A DNA stretch of 63,196 nt, the filler included, from Chiloscyllium plagiosum (Eukaryota), in NCBI RefSeq assembly GCF_004010195.1. It is 3 parts of one record of this genome, joined end to end, with 100 filler letters (N's around TTAATTAATTAA, not from the genome) between each part and the next. Parts side by side here need not be neighbours in the genome. Positions count along the whole stretch, not along the records: positions 15,892 to 47,464 come from NC_057711.1; positions 47,565 to 63,196 come from NC_057711.1; 1 more part is not named here. One strand, written 5' to 3'. The notes under the pieces were generated by a model. That model had not been told where the DNA came from, did no database searches, and worked only from the letters and a program-made list of their open reading frames with translations. This document shows positions 40,270-53,999 of this stretch, piece after piece. The translations under genes were made by a program, and so were the position numbers. How positions within the stretch are numbered: position 1 is the stretch's first letter; each line of letters starts with the position of its first letter.

Positions 40270-41880
40270 TGATCATCCAACTCAATAGCCCATTCCTGCT
40301 TTTCCCCCATATCCTTTAATCCACTTATCCAAAGTGCTATATCCAACTCCTTCTTGAAATCATATAACGTCTTAGCCTCAACTGTTTTCTGTTATAGCAA
40401 ATTCTACAGGCTCACCATTGTCTGTGTGAAGATACATCACCTCATTTCAATCCTAAATGGTTTACCATGTATCCTTAGTCTGAGACCTCTAGTTCTGCAT
40501 CTCTCACCCCTCAGGATCATCCTTTCTGCATCTACTGTCTTTAGCTTGTGGAGTTTTATAGGCTTCTATGAGATCCTCCCTCATTCTTCTGAACCCTTAA
40601 CTGATTGAATTTCTCCTCAGGAATCAATCTCATCATCCCAATCAGTCAGGTAAATCTTCGGTGCACTCCACCTATGGCAAGAACATTGTTCCTTTGATAA
40701 GGAGACTAAAACTGGACAGGTGTGGTCTCACCAAGGAGCCCTGTAAAATTTGCATCAAGACATCCTTGGTCTTGTACTCAAACCCTATCTCCATGAAGGC
40801 TGAATACTATTTGCAACTTTACCATCTGCTGCACCTGCATGCTTGACTGGTAAACAAGGACACTCCAATCTTGTTGCACATTCCCTTCTCTCAATTTACA
40901 GCCATTTAAATAACAATCTTCCTTGCTGTTCTTGTTACCAAAGTGGATAACCTCATATTTATCTACATTATTCTGCATCTTCCATGCATTACCCACCCAC
41001 TCAGCTTGTCCAAGTCTGACTGCAGCACCTCTGCGTCCACTTCAAATCTTACACTCCCACCCAGCTTTGTATTGTCAGCAATGTGGAAATATTAAATTTA
41101 GATCCCCCATCCAAATAATTAATATATATTATGAATAGCTCGGATCCTAGCACTGATCCTTGTAGTACCTCACTGCTCACTGCTTACCATTCTGGAAAAG
41201 ACCCATTTAATCCTCTACTTTGCTTTCTGACTGCCAACCATATTACTCAAAAAACTATCCTAATCACATGCATAATTTTACACACTAATCACATGTGGGA
41301 CTTTTTTGAAATATTCTGAAAGTCAAAATAAACATTGTTGAACTCATTGCCACAGAAGGCTGCGGAGGTCAAATCACTGAGTCTATTTAAGAAATGATAG
41401 ATGTCTGATTAGAAAAAGGATCAAAGATTACAGGGAGAAGCCAAGAGAATGGGGTTGAGAAACAAATCAGCCATGATCAAATGGTGGAGCACCAAATAAC
41501 CTGATTCTGCTTCTGTATCTTACAGTCTTATGGCCTTCAACTACATCCATTTGCTCCCCTTCATCACCTCCACAAGATACATCCTTGAAGGATTTTAGTC
41601 GAGTGATCAAGCACGATTTCCTTTTCATAAATCCATGCTGACTCTGTCTGATTCTTTCACTGATTTCAAATGGTCAGATCTTAATACTTTTTAATGGGCT
41701 CTAGCATTTTCTCCACTATTGGCATCAGGCTCATTGGTCTACAGCTCTCAGTTTTCTTACCTGCTCCCTTCTCTATTAGCGGGGTTTATTAGCTACCTTC
41801 CAATCTGTCGGGACTGTTCAGGATCTATAGCATCTTGTAGACATCCATTATTTCTAGTGCACTGCCTTAACTACTCTGGG
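40270..41880 (-). mobile_element. CR1 RT fragment nested in the RTE element (with a plus-strand CR1 tail at ~41335-41530)
   Basis: NAWKMQNNVDKYEVIHFG; cagcatggatttatgaaaaggaaatcgtgcttga (QHGFMK.KSCL). Confidence 0.7.
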
Positions 41881-41884
41881 AATT

Positions 41885-43500
41885 CTGATGCACACAATAA
41901 AGTGGGGGCAACAGCTGCTGTTTAGACCATGAGCATGGTGCAGGGTTTGAGGCATTGGACTTTAACCATTCTCGTCCTCAGGCACCTGAAGGCTGTACTG
42001 GTACTTTGGAGTCAATGTTGGATTTCATTGTGACTGTCTGCTCACACCAGAAGAAACTCCTGAGGGATGAGAAATTATCCATGTTGTCCAGAGGATCATT
42101 GTGGAGTTTGATGGCCAGAGGGCCATGATACACAGCAGGAATGGACTGGAAGATACCTTTGTTTTCTGAATGGTGATGAATTTCTATGGGAAGCCGGATT
42201 TCTGGAGGATATTCCACAATCTGCAATGTTTGACAGGGTTAAAGGCATTTGTGAGACCGAAAAAGACCATGTAGAGAGGTTGGTCCTGTCTCCTGTAAAG
42301 TTCTTGGATTTGTCATGCATTAAAAATTGTGTCCATTGTGCTCTTGCCGGGTGGAAACTGTATTAAGACTCTGGGAGGAGGTCTTTACCATTGAAAGGAG
42401 GTGGATTAATGCATTGACTTTTCCTGCAGTACTCAAGAAATCCCAGTGAAATTTCTGCAGTGACAATGGTCTCCTTTCTTGAAGGTGGCCATAATTACTG
42501 CATCTCTGAGATCTCCCAGCATGCTGCCTTCCTTCCAAACAAGGGAAATGATCATGTGGAATAGGTCCTCTCCAACCTATCACCTTCACCCCCACCTCCA
42601 TCCACCTATTGCACTCTCAGCTACCTTTCCCCCTAGCCCCAGCCCCCTCCCATTTATCTCTCCATCCCTGAGGCTCCCAGCTTCATTCCGAATGAAGGGG
42701 TTTTGCCCGAAACATCGATTTTTCTGCTCCTCGGATGCTGCCTGACCTGCTGTGATTTTCCAGCACTACTCTAATCTTGACTCTTGTGGAATTTTGTCAA
42801 GCATGCTTCCATTCCATTGGCACCGGAGGCCTTGTTGACTTTCAGCTGTCGGGTGGCTTTTTTGACATCAAGATGGGTTAGACACATACGGAAATGGCAA
42901 TGAGTAGTTTGCTGCAGGATAACGTCAAGAACCCTTCCATTGAAAGCTGTATTCTTGATTGCGGACATTGTCAAAGTGCTCCCTCCAGCAGACATCAACT
43001 GCCTCTCGGTCTTTGATGAGCGACTCTCCATTTGTGGCTCTCAGTGGAGTAGGTCCCTAGGTTCTCAAACTGTAGGTGGCTTTGATTGCACTGAAAAAGC
43101 TGCGTAGATTGTGGCTATGTGCAAATTGTCAAATGTCCTACGCTCTTTCTACCCACCCTCTATTTAGATCATGGTTTTTTTTCTTATACCTTGGCAATCT
43201 GTTGCCTGCAAGCTTGTTTCCTCTCCATTGCGTTTTGTTGGAGCTGTCAGTTCATGACTATCTTGTGTTTGCAGTCTAATATTTCATGGATCAGCTGATC
43301 ATTCGTATTGAACAAGACTTGGTGGCCAAGCATCTCTAAAAGGTGCTGATTGTGGTGGCTTTTGTTGTAGATGAGATGCTTCGAAAAGTCTATGGCTCCA
43401 TGTTGATCCTCTATTCTCTTTCCCTCTATATCATCTCCATGCACCTTACCCATGACATATCCATTTTCCCTACATCCTCTATACTCACTAACCAACAATA
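41885..43500 (-). mobile_element. RTE-clade LINE ORF remnant
   Basis: DVKKATRQLKVNKASGANG; STAGKV; tcaaacattgcag..ctccacaatga RT region; decayed. Confidence 0.65.
42569..42782 (+). mobile_element. PLE 3' end inserted in the RTE element
   Basis: gaatgaaggggttttgcccgaaacatcgat..ccagcactactctaatcttgact. Confidence 0.75.
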
Positions 43501-44579
43501 TATTACATACAGAGCCAATCAGTTATATGATAATGACAAGTGTTGACTTTCTTTTGGGAGAAAACACACATTCATATATCTACTTTGAAAAGAAAAAAAA
43601 ACTGTTTCTTCTGCAAACTTACAAAAGTGTCAGAAAGTATAATTAACATTTTTAATGACTGAAGATTTCCCTTACATCACACTTCTGAATCTTGTCTAAG
43701 TAAAGACAGAAATTGAATAAAAATCAAAAATTAAGCTTACTATAACCTCACAAATATGTCAATCAATCAATCAATTTTAACACTCTAACTCATGTAAGCA
43801 GATAGCTGAACTAGTCCACTGGCGAGTCTTGGAGTTGCGACAAGCTTTCATGGTGGTAGGTGCAGTCAGGCATCAGAAAAATTTGAATCACGCCATGGGT
43901 TTATTTCCTAGTATCCACACACTTTTCCTGTTACATACAGGAACAGCAGGGGTGGTGTTGGGTGGTCTTCTGACCTTTATACTAATTCAGGTCCTTAAGT
44001 AGCCAATTAATGGCCACAAGTGCTGCTTTCTGCTCCACCACAACATTTGCCCAGGTTCAGTGGAGCTTGCAGCTGGGTGAGAAGCCTGTACCTCTCAAAG
44101 CATGGGCTGTTGGCAAGCAAATGAAAAGTTGCTTCCTTTAGGATCGGAGAACTCTACCCCCATTCCCACAGGGCATTCCATCCAAGTAGCCTATCATCAT
44201 CTCCACGGGCTGTCAAAAATCTCTTCATCATTACCTCCCAATTTTGTTTCAGTGAATATCTCCATTGAGGACTGGATGGTGTCCCAAAAGCAATCACCAC
44301 CCCCACTGGCCTGGCTGGAATTAGGTTTGCTGTCCAGAAGGTGGTAGAATTCTTGTCTTCATACAATTTGTACCCTGGTGAACATTAAATGACTCAGGGC
44401 ATGGTGTTAGGGAAGTGGTGAACACAGCTGAAAAAAAATACAGGAAGAAGCAAGGCTGCAGCACAACATAATATTTTGCCCAAAGAATGGGAAAGGAAGA
44501 TGGTATTATGAGAAAGCTAAGAGCAAAAGAAGAAAAAAAATCAACTGTTTATCTTTTGTTGACTCATTGTTATGGAGTT

Positions 44580-44950
44580 TTAGAGTTGTATAGCACAGAA
44601 ACAAACCCTTCAGTCCAACCCATCCGTGTCAACCTGATATCCTAAATTAATGTAGTCCCATTTGCCAGCATTTGGCCCATATCCCTCTGAACCTTTCCTT
44701 TTCATAAACCCATCCAGATGCCTTTTAAATGTTGTAATTGTACCAGACTTCACCACTTCTTCTGGCAGCTCATTCCATACACGCACCACCCTCTGTGTGA
44801 AAAAGATGCACCTCAGCTCCCTTTTAAATCATTCCCCTTTCACCTTAACCCTATGCCCTCTAGTTTCAGACTCTCCTACCCTGTGTAAAAGTTCTAAGCC
44901 ATTCATCCTAGCAATACCCCTAATGATTTTATAAACTTCTCTAAGGTCAT
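44580..44950 (-). mobile_element. CR1 3' tail
   Basis: Reverse complement of the family at 28262-28682. Confidence 0.75.
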
Positions 44951-47071
44951 TTTTTAAAAAAACCCAACATCAATTAAAACATAATGGAGTAACATTATAT
45001 ACTTAATGAAAGTTAATATTTTATATGTATGAAATTGTTTGATAAAATAATTTAAAATATTCACAGTAGAATGGACAATGTTTAATGTTTTAAGGAACCC
45101 TAATGCTGATGTGATGAAAAATGACCACTCTCATGTTTCTGCAGTAAAACAAGTGAAGATTTTATATGAGCAGATGCAAGAGAGACATTCATCTTGGTTA
45201 CCCAAAAAACTCAAAAACATTGAGTTTTCAGCACACATTTATGACTGTCAGTTACGTGCAAGCCCCTGTTTGCTTAACCTTCAGTGCTGGGTCTGCTAAT
45301 TTGCATGGAAACTCAACCATCTTGTCTGACTTTCAGTTGCCTTCAGTCCTTGTTCCATGTAGTAGTAAATAATATATTTGCATAGGCTACAACTGAGCCA
45401 ACACGGAAGAAATTGAGCGTAACTAACCAATTATTTCAAGACAAATATGCATTTTAATTTTAACTAAACTAATATCAATACCCTTATCCCTACTTCACTG
45501 CATGTAAGTAAGTATGAAAACTTCATGCTATTGAATATAGTGGAATTATGAATCTCATGGTGAGAAACCTTTTTCACAGCTTCTGGAGGACATCATGGAC
45601 AGCAGCCTTGCACTTAAACAATTAATTGGAAGTGTGCCCTCACTATAAAGTTGCTCTCCAATCTACATAAAATTGACAGTTTGAGCTGAACTTTATTACC
45701 ATTTATTCACTAAAGCCTATCCAGAAGTACATGCAATTTATTTTACTTATTCTTTTATGATAATCAGATTAAAGACTTGTGGCTGAATTGGTGCTTTAAG
45801 GGTTGATTTATCAATCTTTTTAAAACCAGTAATAAAATTGCTTGTGGAACATATGTTGTTACAGGTCTTCCCAAGATGAACAAACAAAACGTACCAGAAG
45901 CAAGAATTCAGCATTACTTCATATTCTTAGAAATCTTAGTGGAAATACCTGAAAGTTAATCCTTTGCAGATTACAGCGCCAATTCTATTCATCATTCAAA
46001 ATATAATGAAGTTCTAATTTGAATTAGTTCTGAGTGCTCTTAAAATTAAGATATTATGTTTGATTCTCTATAATCTAGATTTGACCTTATAATATTCTGC
46101 ATTCGGAGAGTGGGAGAGACTGGACCCAGTTTATTAAATAGTAAAAATTATACAGATAAAATTGCTGAATGCATTTCCAGTATTTCTTATTTATCAGATT
46201 TGTAAGATACTTCATCTTTTAATACTTTGGGTTATATAATGAAATATGTGCAAATGAGATTTTCAAATGCAGAGCTACTAAATTTAATGCATTTTCAACA
46301 TACATGATTGGTTTCTGAATCAAAGTATTTTCATCTGTCAATCCACTTGGATCATTGAATACTCCCCCAAATTCTAGCTGTCATGGTGCTAATATGTATA
46401 GGAATTCCCTCACTAAAACTTTAATTGTTTCTTAAGGTCTACTATGTTAAGCTTATTTTGGTCAATTATTGTGTAAGTGTTTATCTAATAACATAAGGCT
46501 TTTTCAACTTGCTATATCAGTTAACTCCAAAACATAATTAATTCTATGTTGCTCACTTTGCCATGTTTCTGAAAAACATGGGTCATAACTTTATTTAATG
46601 TAAGTGTTGTTTTGTGAAAGAAAAATTCATCATTGACTAATTTATTTAAATAATTTGAGGAAGTAACAAGTAATATTGATTAGATTAGATTCTCTACAGT
46701 GCGGAAACAAGCCCTTCTGCCCAAAAACTATTACTGTTCAAAGGGCATTTGTTAAGGTGCCATATTAAGAGTTATGTCACAGTATAAGAGCTCATGATGT
46801 AGGGAGTAGGGTTGGATGTGATAGATAGGAAATATTTAGCTACTGAGAACGAGAGTAGGGATAGATGAATCGTTTTTGGTTTGGCAGGCTGTAACTGGTG
46901 GAATGCAACAGGGATCAGTGCCTTAACTATTTATGATTTATAGTAATCAATAATCTGATTTATGTTCTACAGTCCTGCTACATTCAGTTTTAAATGATAA
47001 TGGTTAACAGCTAAAAAGAGGAGGAGGCTTCACAAATATCCCTGTACTCAATTATGGGAACCTCAACACAT

Positions 47072-47464
47072 CTGATCGATGGCAGTTATAGGAAGGGGGG
47101 AAAGTCTCAGATACAGTCACATAGATGGGTTAACTCCAGGAAGGATAGGAGAGGTAGGCAGCTAATGCAGGAGTCTTTTGTGGATATACCCATTTCAAAC
47201 AGGTATGCTGTTTTGGAAAATGTAGGGGGTGATGGATTCTCAGGGGAACGTTGCATGAACAGCCAAGTTTCTGGTATTGAGACTGGCTCCAATGCAACGA
47301 GGGGTACGTCGGGTTACAAGAGATCAATTGTGTTGGGGGATTCTATAGTCCGAGGTACAGACACATGTTTCTGTGGCCAGCAGCAAAAAAAGCAGAATGG
47401 TGGTTGCTTCCCTGGTGCCAGGATCAAGGATGTCTCAGAGAGGGTGCAGAATGTTCTCACGGGG
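47072..47464 (+). mobile_element. CR1 ORF1 fragment with SGNH/GDSL esterase motif
   Basis: PISNRYAVL, IVLGDSIVRGTD, CFPGARIKDV; closely matches 62861-63196. Confidence 0.8.
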
Positions 47465-47564
47465 NNNNNNNNNNNNNNNNNNNNNNNNNNNNNNNNNNNN
47501 NNNNNNNNTTAATTAATTAANNNNNNNNNNNNNNNNNNNNNNNNNNNNNNNNNNNNNNNNNNNN
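47465..47564. other. Assembly gap with artificial TTAATTAATTAA spacer
   Basis: 44 N + ttaattaattaa + 44 N. Confidence 0.95.
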
Positions 47565-47700
47565 ATAAGCCTTTCATCAGGAATGGAATGATGAAGGGCT
47601 TATGCTTATCCTGCTCCTCGGATGCTGCCTCCTCTGCTGTTCTTTCCCAGCACCACACTCTCGACTCTGATCTCCAGCATCTGCTGTCCTCACTTTCTCC
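47565..47700. mobile_element. Inverted PLE 3'-end insertion cut by gap
   Basis: ataagcctttcatc..gatgaagggcttat hairpin followed by tail ctgatctccagcatctgctgtcctcactttctcc. Confidence 0.7.
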
Positions 47701-49320
47701 CTGTTACTTTTTTAGGCAATAGAAAGACCAGGTGATGACAATTCCAACTTAAAGGACTGAGCAGATACCATGCAGTGCAATTGACCAGTGTCATCTCTGG
47801 GTATCCACCTTGGTGAGAATTCGCCAATATCTCATGCTACGTGGGCAGTGACCACCTGCAGCCTCTGCCCAAGGCCAAAGGCAAAGCACCTGCCTCATTA
47901 GGTGGCATTTGGGACTCATTAATGCAAGTCACCACTTCAATGCTGCACTTTCAGGTTCCCCAACACATTGCAATGCAATACTGCTGCATGCAGGTGCAGG
48001 CATCCATTTCATGCATCAGAACAGGGTGCAGCTTAGGGCTGTAGCATGTTTTCACTTGCACATTACACTTACTTGGATGCTCACAACATCATTACCTTAG
48101 CAGATATAAAACCAGGTAGATTTTGATGTACTATGAGACCATAATACCAGAATTAGGCCATTCAGCCCATCAATTCTGCTTTGCCATTCAATCATGGCTG
48201 ATATGTTTCTCAAACCCATTCTCCTGCCTTCTCCCATAACCAATGATCCCCTTACCAATCAAGAACCAATCTATCTCTGTCTTAAATACATTCAATGACC
48301 AGACATGCACAGCCTTTTGTATTGAATAGTTCCCTAGATTGCAATTAGTTTCCCAGATTACCGACCCTCTGGTTCAAGGAATTCTTCCTTACCTCAGTTC
48401 TAACAGGTCATCCTTTCACTCCGAAGCTATGGATTTTGCCAAAATGGAACAGTGGATATGTTGGTGCATAGCATTGTGCTACATCAATGTCAGACCTACA
48501 ATATGTGGCACCGGCTTATTTAGCAAACACCCTGTCTGAGATCCAATCAAATGGTCAATTAGGAGTCATTAGGCCCCTCCTACAGTCAGGAAAGAGAGCT
48601 GAATGAATGAGCAGGTAGGGCAGAGGACAGAAACAGTGAGTAGCTTGGGAGGGTTGGGATGGCTGAGACCCATTAATGGAAGATGATGCATGCAATAGTG
48701 AGAGTGGTAGGCCATGAGCCTTGGTTGGTTGTTGGGGGGGTTCAGTTGCAGAGGTACAATGCTCGATAGCAAAGAGAAGATGGATTTATCCTTCTGGAGC
48801 ACAGAAGATAATTAACTTTTTTGCAGCATTGCTGCACATTTCCCTGAACTGTGAATGCTGCACTGACCTGGGTGGCTACTTCAGACTAGGCTGGAAGCAC
48901 GTGAAATGGTGCACAGCTGGGGTTTAAATATGTTGCCCACAGCGTGAATGTTGTAAAGTCCCAGTTACACCAAGCACTTTCACTGTCAATAAGCGTACCA
49001 TTAGACAAGGGTGGCACCATGCAGGCATGGTATGTACTTAACCAGCACTGGAGAACTATGTGAGAAAAGTCGTTTCACATCACAAGGCAACACCCTCCAC
49101 TAAACTCGCCACCATGGCACTTAGCCACATTTTGGAGAAATTCCGCTGTTTTAAAATACTATCAAGGTTTTTTGATGTACCTAATATTTTGGAATGGAAC
49201 TGGGGTAGGTTTTAGATATCCATTCAGAACTGAGTGCTGGTGAAACCATCGAATGGTGTGATATCTTTGATGCTACACAGAGTTGCACAGTGTAACATAT
49301 TTGATAAATCCAGCTTCTTA

Positions 49321-49437
<117 letters not shown>

Positions 49438-50663
49438 TCATAATGGAACAAAACAAAATCTGCATATCAATACTTAGTTTAAAATTCTGTTTTGGTATAC
49501 TTTGATCAAACTGTTGGAAAATGTTCAAAGATTTCTTTGCACATGACAAAACTCTAGATACATTTATAAAGAGTATACAGCATATAGTGTGTACAGAATA
49601 TTCCCCTTAGTAAAGTTTAACCTGAATTTTGACTTTTATTTCTTCAATATCCCATCCAAAATAGGGTGCAACTCGTAAGAGCTAGAGCAGGAGCAAGCCA
49701 TGTGGCAGTCAAAGCTTGCTCCTCATTTCAATATGATTGTGGCTCATCTTTTACATCATCTCCAATTTTCCACCCTATCCCCACACCCTCGGACAGTTAT
49801 CTTCTCGGTCTTGACTAGACCCAAGAACATAGCATCCCATGATGTAGGGAAGTTCAAACATTAAAATCTCTGAATGAAGAAGTTTCTCTTCATTACAATC
49901 CCTTATCATAATTCAAAGGTCCCAGCCAGGAAAACAGCCTTTCAGTGGCTGTCTTGTCATGCTCTTCAAGAATACAACATATTTAAACAAGATCACCTCT
50001 TGTTCATCTAAACTGCAGAGAATAAAGGGTTATTTCCATTCAATATCCATCCTCTTATTCCAAAATTCAATCTTCTGAAGCTGCCATAGGTAAGGAAACC
50101 TAAACTGTACTCAGCACTCCAGATATGATCTCACTCTTAAGTTCCACGCCCTTTTGGGTACGGCTTACATACCATTTGCCTTCTTAACTATTTGTGATAC
50201 TTAGATATTATCTTTCAGTAGTTTGCAAATGAGCACACTCGTATACCTACAGTTACTGGCCTATTACAATTTTAAAAATCTGTTTTTCTAATCTTCTTAT
50301 AAAAGTAGATAGTTCCACAATTCCTCACAGAATCTACATCTTCCACCTCTTGTCCAATCTTAACCACACTATAAAAAGAATTTAATGCCCTTACATGAAA
50401 GCAGGAAGGGTTGACAAGAGGGGATTTCTGCTACTGTCTAGCCTCTAGCTAATTAGGTCTTGGAACTGGAAAGTTTGTGGTGACCTTTATGCTCTACACT
50501 CTTACTGAAGCCGTTAAATGGTATGAGAAATGGTGCCTTTCCGAATATTATACAATTAATCGACATAGCAATAGAGCATCTGGCAGTTTCTCTTCCTTCT
50601 CTGGCAAACACATGAACATTAACTAGAAATCAGAAACTGAGGAGAAACCAAGATTGTGGCCAA

Positions 50664-50732
50664 TCGGTGTGGACTTGTTGGGCCGAAGGGCCTGTTTCCA
50701 CACTGTAAGTAATCTAAGCTAATCAAAAAAAA
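50664..50732 (+). mobile_element. 5'-truncated HE1-SINE/CR1 3' tail with 52-bp flanking direct repeat
   Basis: tcggtgtggacttgttgggccgaagggcctgtttccacactgtaagtaatct + A tract; repeats at 50612-50663 and 50733-50784. Confidence 0.85.
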
Positions 50733-51249
50733 ATGAACATTAACTAGAAATCAGAAACTGAGGAGAAACCAAGATTGTGGCCAAGGAGAAAAGTGCTCTC
50801 ACGTATCACAGTTGCATGCATTTCCTGGCTATTTGTATTTAAAACTGCTAAATACATAACAAATTACATTTACACCACTTCAGACTCTGCCTTGCATTTT
50901 CCACAGTCTGCAACTGTCAAATTTAATCTAAATCTTACAAAAGAGGCTGTCTGAAGTGTGATTTCATGATGGTAAAGATTGTGTATGATGGGATTATAAT
51001 TGTTTTTCTGAGGTTGCCCAGGAATGCAGATTTAAGCAAAAGAAGTGCCAAAATGAATTGGTTGGGGGCCACACATTTTAAAGAAAGGACAAAAGGAAAG
51101 GATATTCCAGTTCAAGCTGTCATTGAAGCTGGTGAAACTTAAAGAATTGGAAAAAAAATCTAAGTTAAAAATTTAGTGCATTTAATTTTAGCAAAATTTA
51201 CTTTACAAATCTGAAAGTCACCAAAACAGTCCTCCTTGAAGTAATCAAT

Positions 51250-51324
51250 CATGATTTGGAGATACCGGTGTTGGACTGGGGTGTACAAAGTTAAAAATCA
51301 CACAACACTAGTGTGATTTTTAAC
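51250..51324. mobile_element. 75-bp minimal inverted second-family PLE end with 12-bp TSD
   Basis: TSD gaagtaat(c/t)aat at 51238-51249 and 51325-51336; tail plus hairpin gttaaaaatcacac..gtgtgatttttaac. Confidence 0.75.
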
Positions 51325-52615
51325 GAAGTAATTAATGGTTGCTAGGATACCTGAAATCCAATTTGAACTTTTTCAAACAGTTGTACGAGAGTATTTTTTT
51401 TGCAAAAAAAATTAAATTAAAGATACGTTTTGCAACCTTTGCATTCAAACGAGATTAAATCAGAAACATCAGAATTTGAAAATTGGTTTAAGGGAGAGAG
51501 ATTTGGTAAGTATTCTGACCCCTTGTTCATCATTCAAGTTTGCATTACAGTCATACAGCATGGAAACAGACACTTCGATCCAATCCAAACATAATCCCAA
51601 ACTAAACTAGTCCCACCTGCCTACTCATGGCCCATATCCCTCCAAACCTTTCCTATTTACGTATCCACTCAAATGTTGAAGATTTTGCTTAGCTATAAAA
51701 GCTAACCTTTTCTTCCATGCTATTTTTCTTTAGCTTTATTAAACTTATTTGAAAAGGTTCCTGAGACAAAGGGAACTGGACAAAAAACTTTAACTTAATC
51801 TTTTCCTTTCAAAATAAAACTCTGCCTTCCTTGATGACAAAATGTGAGTCATTTCCTTGGAAGTTGATAATGTTACAAATGATTTTTCATGTTCATCAAA
51901 TATCTAAAAAAATGTTTAGTGAAGTTAGAAAAAAGATAGGTTAAAAAAATTGGAAAGAAAACAGTTTAAAACAGAGTTTCATTCTTTATTAACTGGGAAA
52001 AAGTTGCAAAAAATGCATCTCAAAAAAGTGTCACATTTGTACGCAGATGAGAAGTTTTTCTTCCCCCTTACAATCAAGCTGCAGCATCATTTCCATCTTG
52101 CTAAATGGAAGCATTAGGCATTATTAAAATTTGAACTTCTAAACTGACAAATATGAATAGAAGCTCTAACCCTTTGAGCTCCTCTGGAGAGTCAAAAAGA
52201 TACTTTTGTTTCATTTCCAGATGTACATGAATATTGATGGTACAGCAAGCAATCCAGCAGTTTTCAGAATTAAAGTACAGCATGGTGGCAATTTCAATTA
52301 AAGGCTCTAACTTTCACAGACTTGGCCTTAACCATTCAGTTCATTTGGTATCTTCCAAAATAAAGTGCTTGAGAAGAGGAGATATGAAACTTGCCTCTAA
52401 ACAGATTGAGAAGCACTTCTGTCTCTGATTTAAAAATCACCAATTGTTCCTGCAATTGGAACTGACAAAATTAATTGCTGCAAGTTGCTATTTCAAGAAC
52501 TCAAAGGGAGATTTAAAGCACCAAACAGATTTCATTTTATATATTTTAAAAAATGCCAACTGAATGGTTTCTGAATATCAAAAAAGGAGAGAAATAGACA
52601 AACACTACAAAAACA

Positions 52616-52742
52616 CTGAAGAAGGGCTTTTGCCCGAAACATCGATTTTCCTGCTCCTCGGATGCTGCCTGACCTGCTGTGCTTTTCCAGCACCACTCTA
52701 ATCTTGACTCTAATCTCTAGCATCTGCAGAACCCACTTTTGA
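52616..52742 (+). mobile_element. PLE 3' end starting at the hammerhead core, with tail
   Basis: ctgaagaagggcttttgcccgaaacatc; flanking repeat caaaaa(a)cactg. Confidence 0.75.
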
Positions 52743-53999
52743 CTGCAAAAAACACTGCCATTTGAAAGTGGTATAATTTTTAAATGAAACAAGACAGGCA
52801 CAGCATGGAGGGTTATTTATGAGAAAATAAACTATTATTTGAAATGGAAACAAAAAACAACAAAATATGCACTATCTGGGACCAAATGGGGATGTTTGAT
52901 TCTGTTTTAATGATATTATGAGAATATTGTGTGGGACAGTAAAGTTTCTCCAAGGTTCATTAATGCATGTATACAATTGTGTAAGGAAGTGATTGAAAGT
53001 AGGACACAGTTAAGGAGAAAACACACCAACAAAAGATATAGATGAAATTGAGAGCTTTCTTTTCAAGAAGCTTTTTAAAAGAACTGGATTTCAAGGTCTG
53101 GCCACAACCCAAAGCTATTGAAACCATGAGGGAGAGAAGTAAATCTTACTAAGGTCTACTAAAGGGATCACTGATGACAGTCAACTAAAGGCAAGCCAGG
53201 GAGGTACTACACAGAAAGAAGTTGAAAAGAAAACACTTATTGATTTTGAATTGCGAGCAGGTTTCTGGGAGAAATGACAGGTGAGGATGAGATTGCCATA
53301 TACAAAGCCTTTACAGCCTGATTGAAGCATCCAGCATTAGGAAGGTTGGGGTAGTGGGCTGCTGAGAAAAAACAGTTTTCTTGTCTTGTCACTCTCTTAA
53401 CTAGTGTTAGTGACCTCCATCTACTTACCATTCCTCCAACCCCAACCAAAGTCCCACACTCTCCCCTTCAATTGATTTTCAAGGCAACGCTGATCCTTTC
53501 TAAGTCTCAGATAAATTTAACAAATTGAGCAAATTAAACGGTCATTCTTCATTACTCTATGCATACTATCAAAATCCATTATATCCTGAGACTGTCCTGT
53601 AATGAGCAAAGGGCTCAGTTACTACAACAGGTAAAATTGTAAAATTTAAAATTGTGTCTGGAGAATGAGGGTTAAAGGAATTTAAAATTGTAACACACTC
53701 CCTTGTAAAATGAATATGTATGATCCTGAAGAAATTGTTTGTTCATAGCTTAAGGATTACTGTTGGCAATATTAGCAAACAAAAACCTAAATGTTTATAG
53801 GGAAACAGGATTAGGTGTAGGTGTGCTTGTGCCTGCGCGCACCTGTAGGTGGGTGAAGAGGAGTTATTGAAGATTAGGATGGCACCTCCCTTCTCTGATG
53901 AGGCTTTCCAGGATCCCTGGCTGACAACCAGAGTATGTGAGGTAAGGGGATGGGACTGTGTGAAATTAATGACCCGCACATAGAATTTTTCACAGTTTG

